Source: the human T2T-CHM13v2.0 reference genome, Homo sapiens
DNA length: 64,000 bases
Strand: one strand, 5' to 3'
Assembly (NCBI RefSeq): GCF_009914755.1
Contig: NC_060928.1
Under the pieces are notes generated by a model. The model was not told the DNA's origin. It did no database searches and worked only from the letters and a program-made list of their open reading frames with translations. How positions within the stretch are numbered: position 1 is the first letter of the stretch; each line of letters begins with the position of its first letter. Of the stretch, positions 1 through 15,724 are shown piece after piece. The position numbers were made by a program, and so were the translations under genes.

Positions 1-149
1 TTTACAAATACATTTACCTGTAACCAACAAACTTATTAAATGAACACATTAGGTCTTTATTTACCAAGGTGTCTTGGGCTGTCTAGATATTTCAATCATA
101 GTAACAGAAATAATTTTGTGTACTCCTCCCAAATTTTAAATAATTTTCT

Positions 150-620
150 CATCGTCTTTCCTACAGAGTCCGAGAAAATATTGAATAATAATGATGATAG
201 TGGTTAACTTAGTGTCTAGCAGAAATAATTTAAGCATTTAATTGTTTAGAATATTTATATTACCTTTTAAGGACTTATTTTTACTATAGTCTTATATTTC
301 TCTTTTTCTAGTAAGTGTGGCCATGAGATTTATTAAATGCCTCTTAGCAATGAGTTTTCTCCTTTAGTTATTAACAAAATGGATTGTGTTGATAGATGTA
401 CTGATATTAAGCCACTTTTGCTTTCCTGAATTAAACATTACTTGGTCCGAGTATAATTTTTTTCATAGATTAATCCTACTGAACACTGTTACATTTATAA
501 TCTTTGCACCTATGCTTTTAATTGAAATTTACTTATAGCTGTTAAAAAAACATTCATCAGGTTTTAGTATTAAACCTACCTAGTCCTCATAAAATATACT
601 TTGGAAGCTTTCTTTTTTTC
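150..620 (-). mobile_element. Ancient L1 (L1M-type) ORF2 fragment
   Basis: Degenerate resemblance to antisense L1 ORF2 (e.g. atattaagccacttttgctttcctgaattaaacattacttggtc). Confidence 0.5.
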
Positions 621-1582
621 CCAATATAGTCACAGTCATACTGCTTATGTACCAGTGTTTCAAATATTTCTATTACAATACCCATAAAAGGTGCTTGAAA
701 GAATAACTGCTTACCACCTAGGCTATGAGGTTGTGGGTAAAACCTAACTGCCTAAATTTCTACTTCCTTATCATGAGCTTCCTAACATCTTCTGAGCAGA
801 CACCCATCAAAACAGAGTTATGTGGACATGTCAAAATTCCAATCTGTGGACACAATAGGCTCAAAGTAGATCTGCCTTGCAACTTAACTCAACCACTCCT
901 CTCAATAGTATCCCATGATGCTTAAAAATGAAACTGCTCACTATTCAAACACTGATAAGAGAAAAAAAAGTCATATTTTTACCAGAAAAAAAAATCTATT
1001 GTTTTTGGACATGTGTAGTAATAGTTCAGAAATATAAGCTTCAAGGATAATCATTAATATTCACAACAGTGGTTGCACAGGCAGGAGGGAAAGGAGAGGA
1101 GATTGAGAAGGGGGATATAGAGGACCTTGACTTTATTTATGAAGTTTTGTGCTTTGAATAATATCCGGGTGGCGGGAACACAGGTGTGAGCTTATTATTC
1201 ATGTGACCTCTCTGCATGTCCAGCTATTTCACAAGAAAACTGTTGTGTCTCATTAAGTTACCATCGTGCAGCTGTCAAGAAGCTCATGTGATGTCTTGCA
1301 CTTGGCCAACCATCCTGCAGACATTTGAACAGGTGACTGAGCAAGTTGTCTCAAGTTGTCTCAGCTCTGAGGACCTCAAGATCCACTTATACTCAAATTC
1401 TGGATGAGTTAGCTATCTTGGGAAGAAAAGTGTGATCAGTAAGTTTCCAATCTGACATAGCTTCTAAAAATGTTCAAGAATTCCAGTACATGTGGGTTAA
1501 GACAAAAGAAATACCTTAGAAAAAACAGGTATTAACTCAATTAGTTAGTAACAACTTCACTAAATTACATTCCAATGAATTA

Positions 1583-1950
1583 CAGTCATGCATTGCATAA
1601 TGATGGGGATAGACTCTGAGAAATGCGTCATTAGGAGATTTTGTCATTGTGTGAACTTTGTAGAGTGTACCTACACAAACCTAGATAGTATTGCCTACTA
1701 CATACTTAGGCTTTATGAAATAACCTATTGCCCCTTGGCTGCAAACCTGTACAGCATGTGACTGTACTGAATACTGCAGGCAATTGTAACACAATGGTAA
1801 GTATTTGTATATCTAAACATATCTAAACACAGAAAAGATACAGTACACCTACAGTACTAGAGTCTTATAGGATCACCATTGATCTTATGGAATCACCATT
1901 GCATATGCAGTCCATCATTGATCAAAACATCATTATGCAGCGCATGACTG
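1583..1950. mobile_element. Tigger3a/MER7-type (Golem, TcMar-Tigger) non-autonomous DNA transposon
   Basis: Terminal inverted repeats cagtcatgc...gcatgactg flanked by TA on both sides; internal sequence matches recalled Tigger3a consensus. Confidence 0.85.
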
Positions 1951-1974
1951 TATATCTCTTGATTATAATGCCCT

Positions 1975-2668
1975 TTAATTTATTTTTATTTTATTTAACT
2001 TTTAAGTTCAGGGGATACATGTGCAGGTTTTAGTTAAACTCGTGTCATGGGGGTTTGTTGTGCAGATTACTTTGTCACCCAGGTATTAAGCCTAGTACCC
2101 AATAGTTATTTTTTCTGATCCTCTCCCTCCTCCCACCCTCAACCATGTGGTATTTGGTTTTCTGTTCCTGTGTTAGTTTACTAAGGATCATGGCCTCCAA
2201 CTACATACGAGTTCCTGCAAAGGACATGATCTCATTCTTTTTTATGGCTGCATGGCTGCATAATATTCCATGATGCATATGTACCTCATTTTCTTTATCC
2301 AGTCTATGGTTGATGGGCATTTAGGTTGATTCCATGTCTTTGCTATTGTGAATAGTGCTGCAATGAACACATGCATGCATGCATCCTTATGATAGAACAA
2401 TTTATATTTCTTTGGGTAAATACACAGTAACAGGATTGTTGGCTCAAATGGTATTTCTGTCTTTAGATCTTGAGGAATCACTACACTGTCCTCCACAGCG
2501 GTTGAACTAATTTACACTCCCACTAACAGTGTATAAGCGTTCTTTTTTCTCTGCAACATTGCCAGCATCTGTTGTTTTTGACTTTTCAATTATAGCCATT
2601 CTGACTGGTGTGAGATGGTATCTCATCGTGATTTTGATTTGTATTCTCTAATGATCAGTGATACTGAA
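1975..2668 (-). mobile_element. L1 3' end (older L1PA/L1PB type), 5'-truncated
   Basis: T-rich tail, then antisense 3'UTR and ORF2 C-terminus (ORF 2242..2496: ...[16 protein letters not shown]...). Confidence 0.9.
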
Positions 2669-3044
2669 CCTTAAAAAAAAAAAACCACTCTTGAATGTTC
2701 AGTGGAGGTAGAGCTCAGTATGAACTTAGGCCAGCATTCCATTACAGAAAAACAGGGTAGAGTATGCTTCTGTACCTAGTGATTAGTTATAACAACTTGT
2801 TCACCTCTGAATACAGAATAGGAAATGGTCTTACCGAACGATTATATTTAATTGGAAAAGAGAAAACTAATCCTGGATATTGTCATTTTAAGCTACATTA
2901 AGCAATTTTTCTGTAATTTACACATTTGTAGACATGTAAGTGTGAAAGTACTAAAATTACAATTCTGTTTGCCTTCATAAAATAACAATGAAATACCTCT
3001 CAGTCAAGCATCCATTCTCCCACAGCCAAGGGATTTTACTTGTG

Positions 3045-3701
3045 TATTTTTTTATTTATTGACTTTTGAAAATAAATTATGTTATTTTAAAATTTTACTG
3101 TTAATTGACAACTATATACTATGTGATGTTTTGATATATGTTCACATTGTGGAATAATTAAATCATGATAATTAAATAATCTTCTCACATAGTTGTTACT
3201 TTTTTGTGGTGAGAATATTTAAAATCTTCTCTTTTAGCAATTTTGAAATATACCATACATTATTACTAATTATAGTCACCATTCTGTGCAACAGATCACT
3301 AAAGCTTATCTCTTTGATCAGCATCTCCCCTTCTCTGCACTTTCTTCCTCCAGTGTCTGAAAAACACTATCTTCTTCTCTATTTCTATGAGTTCAACTTT
3401 TTAAAATTCTGCGTGTAAGTGAGACCATGCAGATGTGTCTTTCTGTGCCTGCCTTATTTAACATAATGTCTTCCAGGTTCATCCTTGTTGTCACAGATGA
3501 CAGAATTTTATTTTTTAGAGATGAATAGTATTCCATTGTGTACATATACCACATTTACTTTATTCATTCATCCATTGATGAACTCTTAGGTTGCTACCAT
3601 ATCTTAGCTATTGTGAATAATCTATTGTGATAATGCTACAATGAGCATGGGAGTACAGATACTTCTTCAATATACTGATTTCAATTTCTTTGTACATATA
3701 T
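3045..3701 (-). mobile_element. L1MA-type element, 3' part (interrupted by the provirus)
   Basis: Antisense L1MA 3'UTR motifs; the sequence resumes seamlessly at 11294 (atacccagaagtgggat). Confidence 0.8.
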
Positions 3702-4133
3702 TATTAAAGAAAACTAAATAGGGCCTGAAAAGGACTCCATGCTTCTATATTTGAGTCCTTATGGATGAACTGCAACCTAACTTAATAGGTAGACAAGACT
3801 GAAAACCTAACTTAGGAGTATGCACCTGTAACAACAGCTGAGTCTTGGCCAATCCCAGCAGCAATACTTCAACCACTTGAACACTGCTGAGTGTTCAAAC
3901 CACGTTCAAATAAGGCAAATGCCGAGCTGTAACTAATACAGCTGTTTCCGTACCTCACTTCTGATATCTGTATGCCACGTCCCTTTTTATGTCGATAAAT
4001 CTTTTTCCACTATGTGGCTCCACTGGCATCTCTCTAAATCTACTGTGATTCTGGGTGCTGCCCGAATCGTAAATCATTCCTTGCTCAATTAAACTCCTTT
4101 AAATTTAATTCGGCTTAAGTTTTTCTTTTAATA
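3702..4133 (+). repeat. 5' LTR (MER57-type)
   Basis: tattaaagaaaactaaata...ttttaata; colinear with 10888-11293; ATTAAA poly(A) signal near the end. Confidence 0.88.
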
Positions 4134-4135
4134 GA

Positions 4136-4153
4136 TTGTGTCAGAAGTGAGGT
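4136..4153 (+). other. Primer binding site, tRNA-Leu-like
   Basis: ttgtgtcagaagtgaggt matches TGGTGTCAGAAGTGGGAT (complement of tRNA-Leu 3' end) at 15/18 positions, 2 nt after the 5' LTR. Confidence 0.75.
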
Positions 4154-6242
4154 CTGAAGTAGACCTTCTAACGACCCCCAGGAGCACTGAGTGAACAAGC
4201 AAGATACCTTCTGGACCCACTTGTATCCATTGATCTCTCAGAGCAGCTGGGGATCGTGGGTAAGTTCTCTCTCGGATTTCAGAGCTCTACGGGTTTGTGT
4301 TTTGAGCTCTCTGAGTTTCTTTGAGCAAATTTTTGTTCCAAACTGGGTTTGACAGTTGTGACAGAAAGTGGACTGGGTCCAGGATGTGATTTGATCCGGT
4401 AATTAACTGGCTTAGATCCAGTTAGAGGCCTCTTACATCCCACTGGGTCAGAAAGAAACTGGTAGTAAATGGTAATATTGCAGTGGTTGTAAAAATTTGT
4501 CCATTAAAAATTCGTGGGGATTTTTGTGCTCTACCCCTTTGTTTCATTTTTCTTGCATGCTTAGGTAGGAAATGTCATTGGCTAAGTCATCAAGGGAACC
4601 TGAGAAAAAGCTAATATTTTAGATAAAAATGGGGTCCTTAATTTCTAAAAATCTCATTTCTTTCTGGCGTATACATTAGGCCCAGGAGGCAGCAAAGTCT
4701 TACAGAAAGGGTAAAATCTTGCTAAAGATAACTTACAGTGGAACATTCCAAATGAACAACAATGCACTGAAGTGCATTTAAAAAAAAAAAAAAAGAAAGA
4801 AAAAAAGATTTTCTTTTGTGTTGCGTTTGGCCTCCAAGGTTATATAGTGTGGCAAGCAGGGTTAGGTCACTAGGGCCACTCAGGGAAGGGAACCCAGATA
4901 CCTGATATGCCAACAAAAGGGTAAAAGTTCTTATCAGTCACACTTCTAGCCTCTCTCTGTGCAAATCGGTTGGATGAATGGTAAAAATCATGGTTTATAT
5001 CCTCTGTTAAGTTTTGATTAATGGGAAAAAGGATTCATGAGGCTAATGTTGAGCTGTAGTGAATCTGGTGTGCTTTGTGTGTCTTTCTGTATTGTTCTAT
5101 CATACAGAGGGGTACCTTAGGATAGAATGTGAGCCTAGGTCCCCATAAGCCCGCTGTTCAAGATGGCCCAGCAAACTGGTCAGTCATGTCCTTGGGAGCA
5201 TGACATTGTAACCACGTGGCAGTACTTTCTCTTGGTCTGTGCTCTTACCACAGCAGCCCAGGTTCAATCCTGGCTTAGGGAATGAAAACTATCTGGTTAA
5301 TGTCTGTGCGACCTTTATTATTTGCTGATTCTCTTCCCCTTCCACAAACAACTTCCAAGTTCTCTTCTTAAATCTTCCTTCCTCTGAGCTACCTCTAAAG
5401 ATTCTAGATTTTATAAAAACTGCTTACCACCACTTTGAAGATATCTTGTATACTTGTGGTTAAGTTATAACCTTAGTTGAGGCTTGCAGGTTTCACCTGT
5501 GAGTTTAAAATCCAGGAATATTGGCCACTCGGCATGGCTAAAGCCAGGCAATAAATTTAAGAGCATTTTTAAAGGAGTGCTATGGTTAAAAGTCAGCTTA
5601 ATTAGAAGTGGCTATCCAAGTGATAGGTATATTTAAAAGGCCTATGTTCTTCTCTTCTTAGATCTTATTTTTCTGGAAAAAGGGTTTTTTTTTTTCCTTC
5701 TCAGTTGACTAAATTATTTTTCTCTATTTGTCTTGCCACTCTTAATGCACACATGAGAGGCCCTAAGATAACTTCTAGTAGCCCGGGTCTCCTTAGAAAA
5801 AACAGAGGAGGAGCCACAGAACCCATTTTGGGAAAAACCTGTTTTCCTCATGGAACCCTAGGAATTGAAAATGAATAGATCCCACTCAGAGTCTAAGGCT
5901 CTGTTCTGTTTTGTATTGAGTTATCTGATGTTTTTGACTTGGGAAGGTATTAGAGATTGCTTTGCATTTTGAGAGAGCTTTAATTTAGTGTACAATAAAT
6001 AGGTAGAAAATATACTTTTAGGGATGGGCTAATTAAAAAATGGGCTGATTGGCTTTGGGCTGCCATGCAATAAAATGCACAGTAAAAGAATTGCACTATC
6101 TTCTCCTTTTGGGGATCCAGGATACAATGTAAAAATGAGGCCCTCAATTTTGCAGATCTATTTTGCCTTTCAGCTGTGCCTTATATTAGGCTGTAGAAAC
6201 TGCATATTTTCCTAAGCCTGTGTTTCCAAGGACTCCACCCTA

Positions 6243-6641
<399 letters not shown>

Positions 6642-8511
6642 TCATGTGTATAATGTTTCCGTAAAAGAGCTCTAATTAATTGGCTTAAAGAAAAATAAGC
6701 ACTTAGATCAAATATTTTGAAAGAAAAATAAAAACTGTAATGCCTTTTAGTTTACGTGACTTTTAATCTTTGGGAAATAAGTTTTTAAGATTGTTAGTAA
6801 AAATAAAGCCATTTGGTCTAAATTAAGCAGATCAGATATTAGGTTTGTTGAATGCTTTAAGATCATAAACTGCATGTTTGGCTTTTGAAGATTATTCAAT
6901 TTACTTACTTTGGAGCCTTAGAGTCTAGATAAGGCATGGGGACATGTGGAGAGCCACATCCCAGACTATACTGGAAAGAGTCAGACCTCACCTGCACCTA
7001 GTACATAATTAAAATAACTTATGAGATTTTTTACCAAGATTAAAATTTGCTAAGAGTTACCATGATAACATGTAATTGAGACTACTGAAAACATAGTTTT
7101 ACATGCAAGATGTCTGAGGAGAGTGAAATGTGTTTTTGGTAAAAGATTATAAAAAGGCATAGGGATGTAAATTTTTGCCTAGAGGATGAAAGGATTGTTT
7201 TAAATTAGAAAAGATAACACTAAAAGTTTGAACAAGTTGTGAAAGGTTTGTAAAAATTAATCTTGTAAAAAGAAATCCTGTGTGGACACTGGCTAAAGTT
7301 AAAGGGGTATTAAGTTTTTCTGTAAATTGAACATTGGAATAAAAACAAAACAGACCTTTCTTAGAGCACTGATCTGCTCTTTCACAGGAATTATAAAGAA
7401 TTATAAAATGTTTATGAGAATCTCACCATACGGTCAAACTGATTAAGATAGATACATTTTATCTATAAGGTTTTATTAAAAATTGGGGATAACATTAAAT
7501 AGTAGACTAATGCAAGGGTGAAATTTGGCTTTTTCTCTTGAACAAGATTTTCATGTAATATTAGAAGATAATAAAAATGTTTTTGTTTCCCTTTGAATAA
7601 ACTATCAGAAAAAGAAGGGAAAGGCAAGAGTTTGGAAAGCGGAGTCTTCCCTCTATCAATGAGTAAAGGTTTTGGCCTTTTCAAAAATTTTTGAGTCATC
7701 ATTTTGGCTAAATGAATGACTTATGGTAACCTGGAATTCTATTTCATAGTATCAAGTGTTTTAAACCTTTAACATATTTGATAGGCTTCCCAAAATCAAA
7801 TTTCAGCTTCAACATTATCTTTTCTGACTTATAACTTTGAGATGCTACAGAGGGCCCCTAAAACATTCAAAAGAGAGGTAAATAGGATTATTTGACGTAT
7901 TTAGATATATGGGGAGCATTCTCAAAATAAAACATAATGTTTAATGTTCTATTTTAGTGTATGTTATCAATATCTTCCAAAATTGAATGGGATTTCTAAA
8001 ATTCCAATATGTCTGAGTATATGGTATCATAATTATAGTTACTATGTTAAGTTATTGTAGACCACAGAAATAACCAAATTGCCTTGTCAATTGTGTCTTT
8101 AACTACGACTATTTAGAGTCATTTCCACAGTTAATTGCATAATGCTGATGCAGTTTCTGAAAACTTCACAAGCATGCAAAATCCTAGAATATGGTGTCTT
8201 TTAGGAGGTTCATGAAAGAATGGAAAGGACCCTGAAAAGCACTCTTCAATACAGGTTTCTAGTAACTTTAAATTCATATCATTTGGACTGGTAAGAATTC
8301 CTGAAACTTTAATGAATATAAACCAGACTGACTGGTTTATAAAACTGCTAACCCAAGTAGAACAAAAATTATTTATTTGAATACCAAGAAAATACTTTGC
8401 CAGATTTTCATACTTAATCAGCCAATACTAAAATTGTTTTGATATACAATTTGAATAAATTCCATGGTCTAAGCCAAATTACCTATAATAACCCATCAGT
8501 TACCAGTGCTA

Positions 8512-9004
<493 letters not shown>

Positions 9005-9314
9005 TCATCATAGAAAAGATAAAAGAGTCCAAATTGAATATATTGGTATAGTGACTTATAAATTCCTAAATAGTTTATAACCAATGTTTGGTTTGTCAAC
9101 CCATATTCCTGAGAAAACAATCAAAGCTTCAGGTACATTTGGTTGCCTGTTGGGCCGTTTAAACATTTTATGAAGGGATTTTATTCAATTGTCATTTTCA
9201 ACGCATGTTTTCTGATTGTATAAAAGCTTTCCCATGGAAGAGGGCTGATGTTATAAAAGTAAATTATTATGCTACAGTGTATTTTCAGCAGAAAAAGAAA
9301 GCTTTTTATGGTTC

Positions 9315-9495
9315 ACTGAGGACAGTCAACCTCTTCACAATCTAGAACCCAAAGACCAAATCTTCTGAGAATATCAGAGAAAGACTGTCTTTGACATCCA
9401 CACTACAGCAAAACTTCAGGACTGTGAACCTTGGTTTATAATCTCACAACTGAGAATGGTCCCTGCACACTGTTGGAACTGTATACCCACTGGAA
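9315..9495 (+). pseudogene. Retroviral integrase C-terminal remnant
   Basis: Manual translation TEDSQPLHNLEPKDQIF*EYQRKTVFDIHTTAKLQDCEPWFIISQLR resembles gamma-type IN C-terminus (H.L.PGD.V...T.TA.KLQG..PWIH.SQL); contains a stop and lacks the GPY segment. Confidence 0.65.
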
Positions 9496-9649
9496 CCCCT
9501 TTAGGTAAAGCTAACCAGGAAAATTTCTTCCCAGAAAAAGATGGGATCCTTGATGTGAACAGTTTTTCCCAAGATCATGGATAAAGACTTCTACTATCTT
9601 AAGACTCTTATCTTTGAATATTTTTTCCTTGTTTATGCCTCTATGAACA

Positions 9650-10400
9650 ATAGAAATGAAAAGGGGGTCTGTTATGTGCACTTATGGCATATACTTTTAT
9701 TTGTGAAGGATTTTGCAGCCAACCTTATACATGGATAACCTTATACTTTGATAAAGATGAAAGCCCAATATAGGTGAGAAACTTTAATGGTACATATGTT
9801 GCCTCATAATCAGTCAGAAACAGAACATTGGTTCACTCCTCTTAACCCACATCATGGGTTAAAAAGAACATTGCCAGGAGGCTTTCACTCTTCTAGAAGG
9901 GCATCATTTGTTAGGTCTATTTTCCATGGTTGGAGTAAAAGAGGCAATGATTAGAAATGTATCCCTCACGATAGGCTCTATAGCAGATTCTACTGTAAAG
10001 GCTATAGTTACACAACAGACTTTAAATTCTCCTGTCAAAGTTATGCTAAATAATAGAGTTGGCTAAACAGAAAAGTATCTGGGCAGCTGCTGACAATTAT
10101 GACCTACGGAGAAAACATTGGGTATTATAGCAATTCAGTTGCAGGGAATTAACAAAAAGACCACTTAATTAAGCGAGCAGACTCTTTATCTACATCATTC
10201 TTTATTTGGTTTTAGGTGGTTTGGTTTATGCGGACCCTGGGTAAGGAGGATACTCCAAACTTAGTATTATCCTCTTGATAGTTGTAAAAATAATCTCCCT
10301 GGTGTGCTGTATTCTCTCAAATATTTTAAATGTTTATATGTACCCATCTCTAAAATGTCAAATGGTATCTTTTCAACTGGAATGACAAGAGCTGAAAGAA
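9650..10400 (+). pseudogene. Retroviral env remnant (SU end and TM)
   Basis: Frameshifted translation ...HHGLKRTLPGG...SFVRSIF / GVKEAMIRNVSLTIGSIADSTVKAIVTQQTLNSPVKVMLNNRV: degenerate cleavage site, heptad repeat and truncated immunosuppressive-domain motif, followed by a hydrophobic TM-like stretch. Confidence 0.7.
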
Positions 10401-10887
10401 ATGTAAGACCCTGAAGACATTTAACTTATGAATGACATGCCGAGGCTGAAAACCCCAAATGATGGTAACTGAGAGTGGTGCCAAGGCCCTGAGTTTTGCA
10501 CACTCTCACCTAAGTGAAAACCTGACCAAAAAGGGGAAATTAAAAAAAAAAATTATGGGAGGCCATTGTTTTGGACTGAGTTCATGCACTAGGACCCAAC
10601 AGACCAAACCAAACCAAAATGGAGTCACTTATGCTAAATATAACATAATCAAACTAAGACTTTAAGGAGACACGTAGATCCTAGAACAGACCAGGTTTGG
10701 TTTTTCTCCTGTAAACAGGATGTTTCAGCATAAGGAGGTACCCTCTATTCAAGTCCTTGCTCCCACCTTTGCAAAACTCACTCACTGGTCTACTGTTTCC
10801 GATGGGTTTACACTGGTAATAGTGACATTAATGACTAAAGTTTTGGTCAATCTCTCAAAATTGAGAAAGTGACCAAAAAGGAGGAAT

Positions 10888-11293
10888 TGTTAAAGCAAAC
10901 TAAATACGGCCTGAGAAGAACTCTGTCCTATATTTGCGTCCTTGTGGATGAACTGCAACCACAAGATTGAAAACTTAGGAGTATGTGTCTGCAACAATAG
11001 CTGAGTCTTGGCCAATCCCAGCAGCCATACTTCAACCAATCATACACTGCTGAGTGTTCAAACTGTGGTCAAATAAGGCAAAGGCCGATCTGTAACCAAT
11101 CCAGTTGTTCCTGTACCTCACTTCTGATTTCTGTATGCCACCTCCGTTTTCTTGTCTATAAACCTTTTTCCACCACGTGGCTGCACTGGAATCTCTGAAT
11201 CTGCTGCGATTCTGGGGGCTGCCTGATTCTGAATCTTTCATTGCTCAATTAAACTCCTTTAAATTTAATTTGGCTGAAGTTTTTCCTTTAACA
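10888..11293 (+). repeat. 3' LTR (MER57-type)
   Basis: tgttaaagcaaactaaata...tttaaca (TG...CA ends), preceded by PPT aaaaaggaggaa. Confidence 0.9.
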
Positions 11294-12225
<932 letters not shown>

Positions 12226-12801
12226 CTTTTAGTTTCATGACCAAAGTTTATTTTTTAAGAAATTCATAATTAAACTTACTTCCGTTTCTACCATCAAAAA
12301 GTCAGTCTTTCTCCATGCAAACATCATTATTTCCTTGTGGAAAGTGTCAATGCTTATCCTTTCCTCTGTTGTGAGAGCCCAAAACAAAAAAGCAAACAAA
12401 GTTTTTGAAGAGATGATAGAGAACAACTACTGTGTGAGTGCAGATAATAGTAAAACAGAGAGGACAGGAACATGACAGAAAGGGAGAAACAATGTGAAGA
12501 GCATCAGCAGAGTGCAATGTACTTTGATATGTAAATTCCAGAGAAAAGGAAATGAAAGAGGCAGAAATGAAAATGCAAATGTATGGATAGTAGCATCAAT
12601 GCTAAAAGAAATAACATCGATATGTAATAGTTCTGCTTCTGCTTAAAATATTAAAAGTTGCTAGAGACTGTTACCCCCATTCTAACACTGAGAAGTCAAG
12701 CGAACTATAAAAATAATAGTTTTTGTTAAACTCATCAGGAAACCAAGTTTAATAAACCAAAATAAAACAAAATCCGAGAGTTGACAGACTTTTCCCAGAC
12801 C

Positions 12802-13378
12802 TTTCTTCAAAAAATTAAAAATAGAACTACCATAGGATACAACAATCTCACTTTTGGGTATTTATCCAAAATAACAGAGCAGGATTTCTAAGAGATATTA
12901 GCACTGCAACATTCATTGCAGCACTATTCACAATGGCCAAGATGTGGAGACAACCTAAACGTTCATCAGTATATGAGTGGATAAAGAAAATGTGGCATAT
13001 AAAATGGAATATTATTTAGCCTTAAAAAATAGGAAATCCCATAATATGTGCCTGGATGAAACTTGAAGATATTATGCTGAGTGAAATGAGCTAGTCACAG
13101 AAGGATGCATACATTATTCCAATTATAGGAGGAAGTATCTAAAATTGTCAAACTCATAGAATCAGAGAGTAAAGTTGTGATTGCTAGGAGCTGGGGAAAG
13201 GGAAAAATGAGGAGTTGCTAATTAATTAGTATAAAGTCCCAATTATGCAAGAAGAATAAGTTCTGGAGAGCTGCTATACAACATTATCCCTATAGTTAAA
13301 AATACTGTACTGTATATTTAAGATTTTTTAAGAGGTTAAATCTCATGTTAAGTGTTCTTACTACAGTATTTTTAAAAA
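12802..13378 (+). mobile_element. L1MA-type 3' end
   Basis: ORF2 end and 3'UTR motifs (aaaattaaaaatagaactaccata...atgttaagtgttcttactaca). Confidence 0.8.
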
Positions 13379-13384
13379 GAGGGA

Positions 13385-14400
13385 TTAACCATGAATGCAA
13401 AAAAAATTGATAAACTGGACTTAATCAGAATTAAAAAATTTTGTCAACAAAATGTATTATTAAGGAAATTATTAGGCTAAGCCAAAGACTAATAAACCCT
13501 CTAACACTTATATACAACAAAAGCACTTGTATCCACAATGTATGAAGAACTCTGAGAACTCAAGAAGAAAAAGAACCCTTTTTTTAATAAATAGGCAAAA
13601 GACTTAGATACTTCATTTTTTTCAAAAAGAGTCAGATGAATGGCCAGTAAGCACAGGAAAACGTGCTCAACATAATTAGTCATCAGGAAAATGCCAATTA
13701 AAACCACAATGAGATACCACTTCATACCCACTAAAATAGCTAAGTGGAAAAGTTTGGCAATATCATGTGTTGGAGGAGAAACTGGAACTCAAATTACTAG
13801 GAGTAGGAGTAAAAAGTCATGTAATCAATATGGAAAATAATTTGACAGTTTCTAGGAAACTTAAACATGAATCTGTCCTATACTCTAGAAATTATACTCC
13901 TCAGTATTTACCCAGAAGAATAAAAGCACATTTTCATACCAATATTTGTCAACATATGTTCATAGATGTTTTATTCATCATTGTCAAAAACCGGAAGCAA
14001 CATAAATGTCCATCAATAAGAAAGTAAATGAACAAATTGTGATATATCACTACAACAGACTGCAATAAAAAGGAATGGGCTAATGATTCATGCAGGAAAT
14101 TAATTAATCTAAAAACACGTTGAAGAAAAGATACTAGATGTAACAGTGCAAAACTATAAGATTTCATTCATATAAATTTCAACAGCAAACAAAACAGATC
14201 TGTAGGAAAGTGTTTGCCTCAGGTTGTATGGGGTGGTAATTGGCTGGAGAAAGAAGGGAACTTTCTAGAAAAATGGAAATGGTCTATATCTTGCCTTATG
14301 AAAGTGACATGGGCATACGCAATTGTCAAACTCATGGAACAGAACAGTTAAGATTTGACCAGTTTGTTACATATAAATTATATCTCAATTTAAAAATTAT
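13385..14400 (+). mobile_element. Old L1 (L1MD/L1ME-type) 3' region
   Basis: Degenerate ORF2 end (aaaaccacaatgagataccacttcatacccact) and 3'UTR. Confidence 0.7.
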
Positions 14401-14831
14401 GTCCTTTGTAAATAAATCCTACTTATCAACAAGGAAAGTGAACTTAATTATAAAGGGTAGCAACATTTTAGAAGCCTCAGCTCCCTCTACAAGACATCTG
14501 TAACTCCCTTTGCAAACTATGTCACAATGAAGACAGAAGCATTTCAAAAGGCAGAGGCTGAATGAATGAGCAGGTTGAGGGAACCACGTAGTACACATTT
14601 TAAAAAAGGAAAAAACAAGGCCTATGGAACAAAAGCAAAAGTTTGAGACATAAACTCAGGTATTTCACAACCGGTAATAACAGCTATTTTTTTTCCATGA
14701 ATAATTGACCACTTCATTATAAAATTTATTTGGACAGTTTCAATTAGTTATATATGCTTAAGTGCCTAAAAATTTTGGATACAGGTTTTTCTCCTCTGGT
14801 TGAATACTGACCTTGTTTTCGTAATTGATCA

Positions 14832-15308
<477 letters not shown>

Positions 15309-15392
15309 TTAGAATACCAATTTTTTCATCTTTAAAATGGGCATTATACTTTCCTCAAAGGAGTTTTATGGAGATTAAAAAAAACATATAAC

Positions 15393-15724
<332 letters not shown>

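Noticed and set aside
9650-10400. Co-opted (syncytin-like) env gene
   Set aside because: Frameshifted, with the immunosuppressive domain partly deleted and no ORF of 60 aa or more listed in the track.
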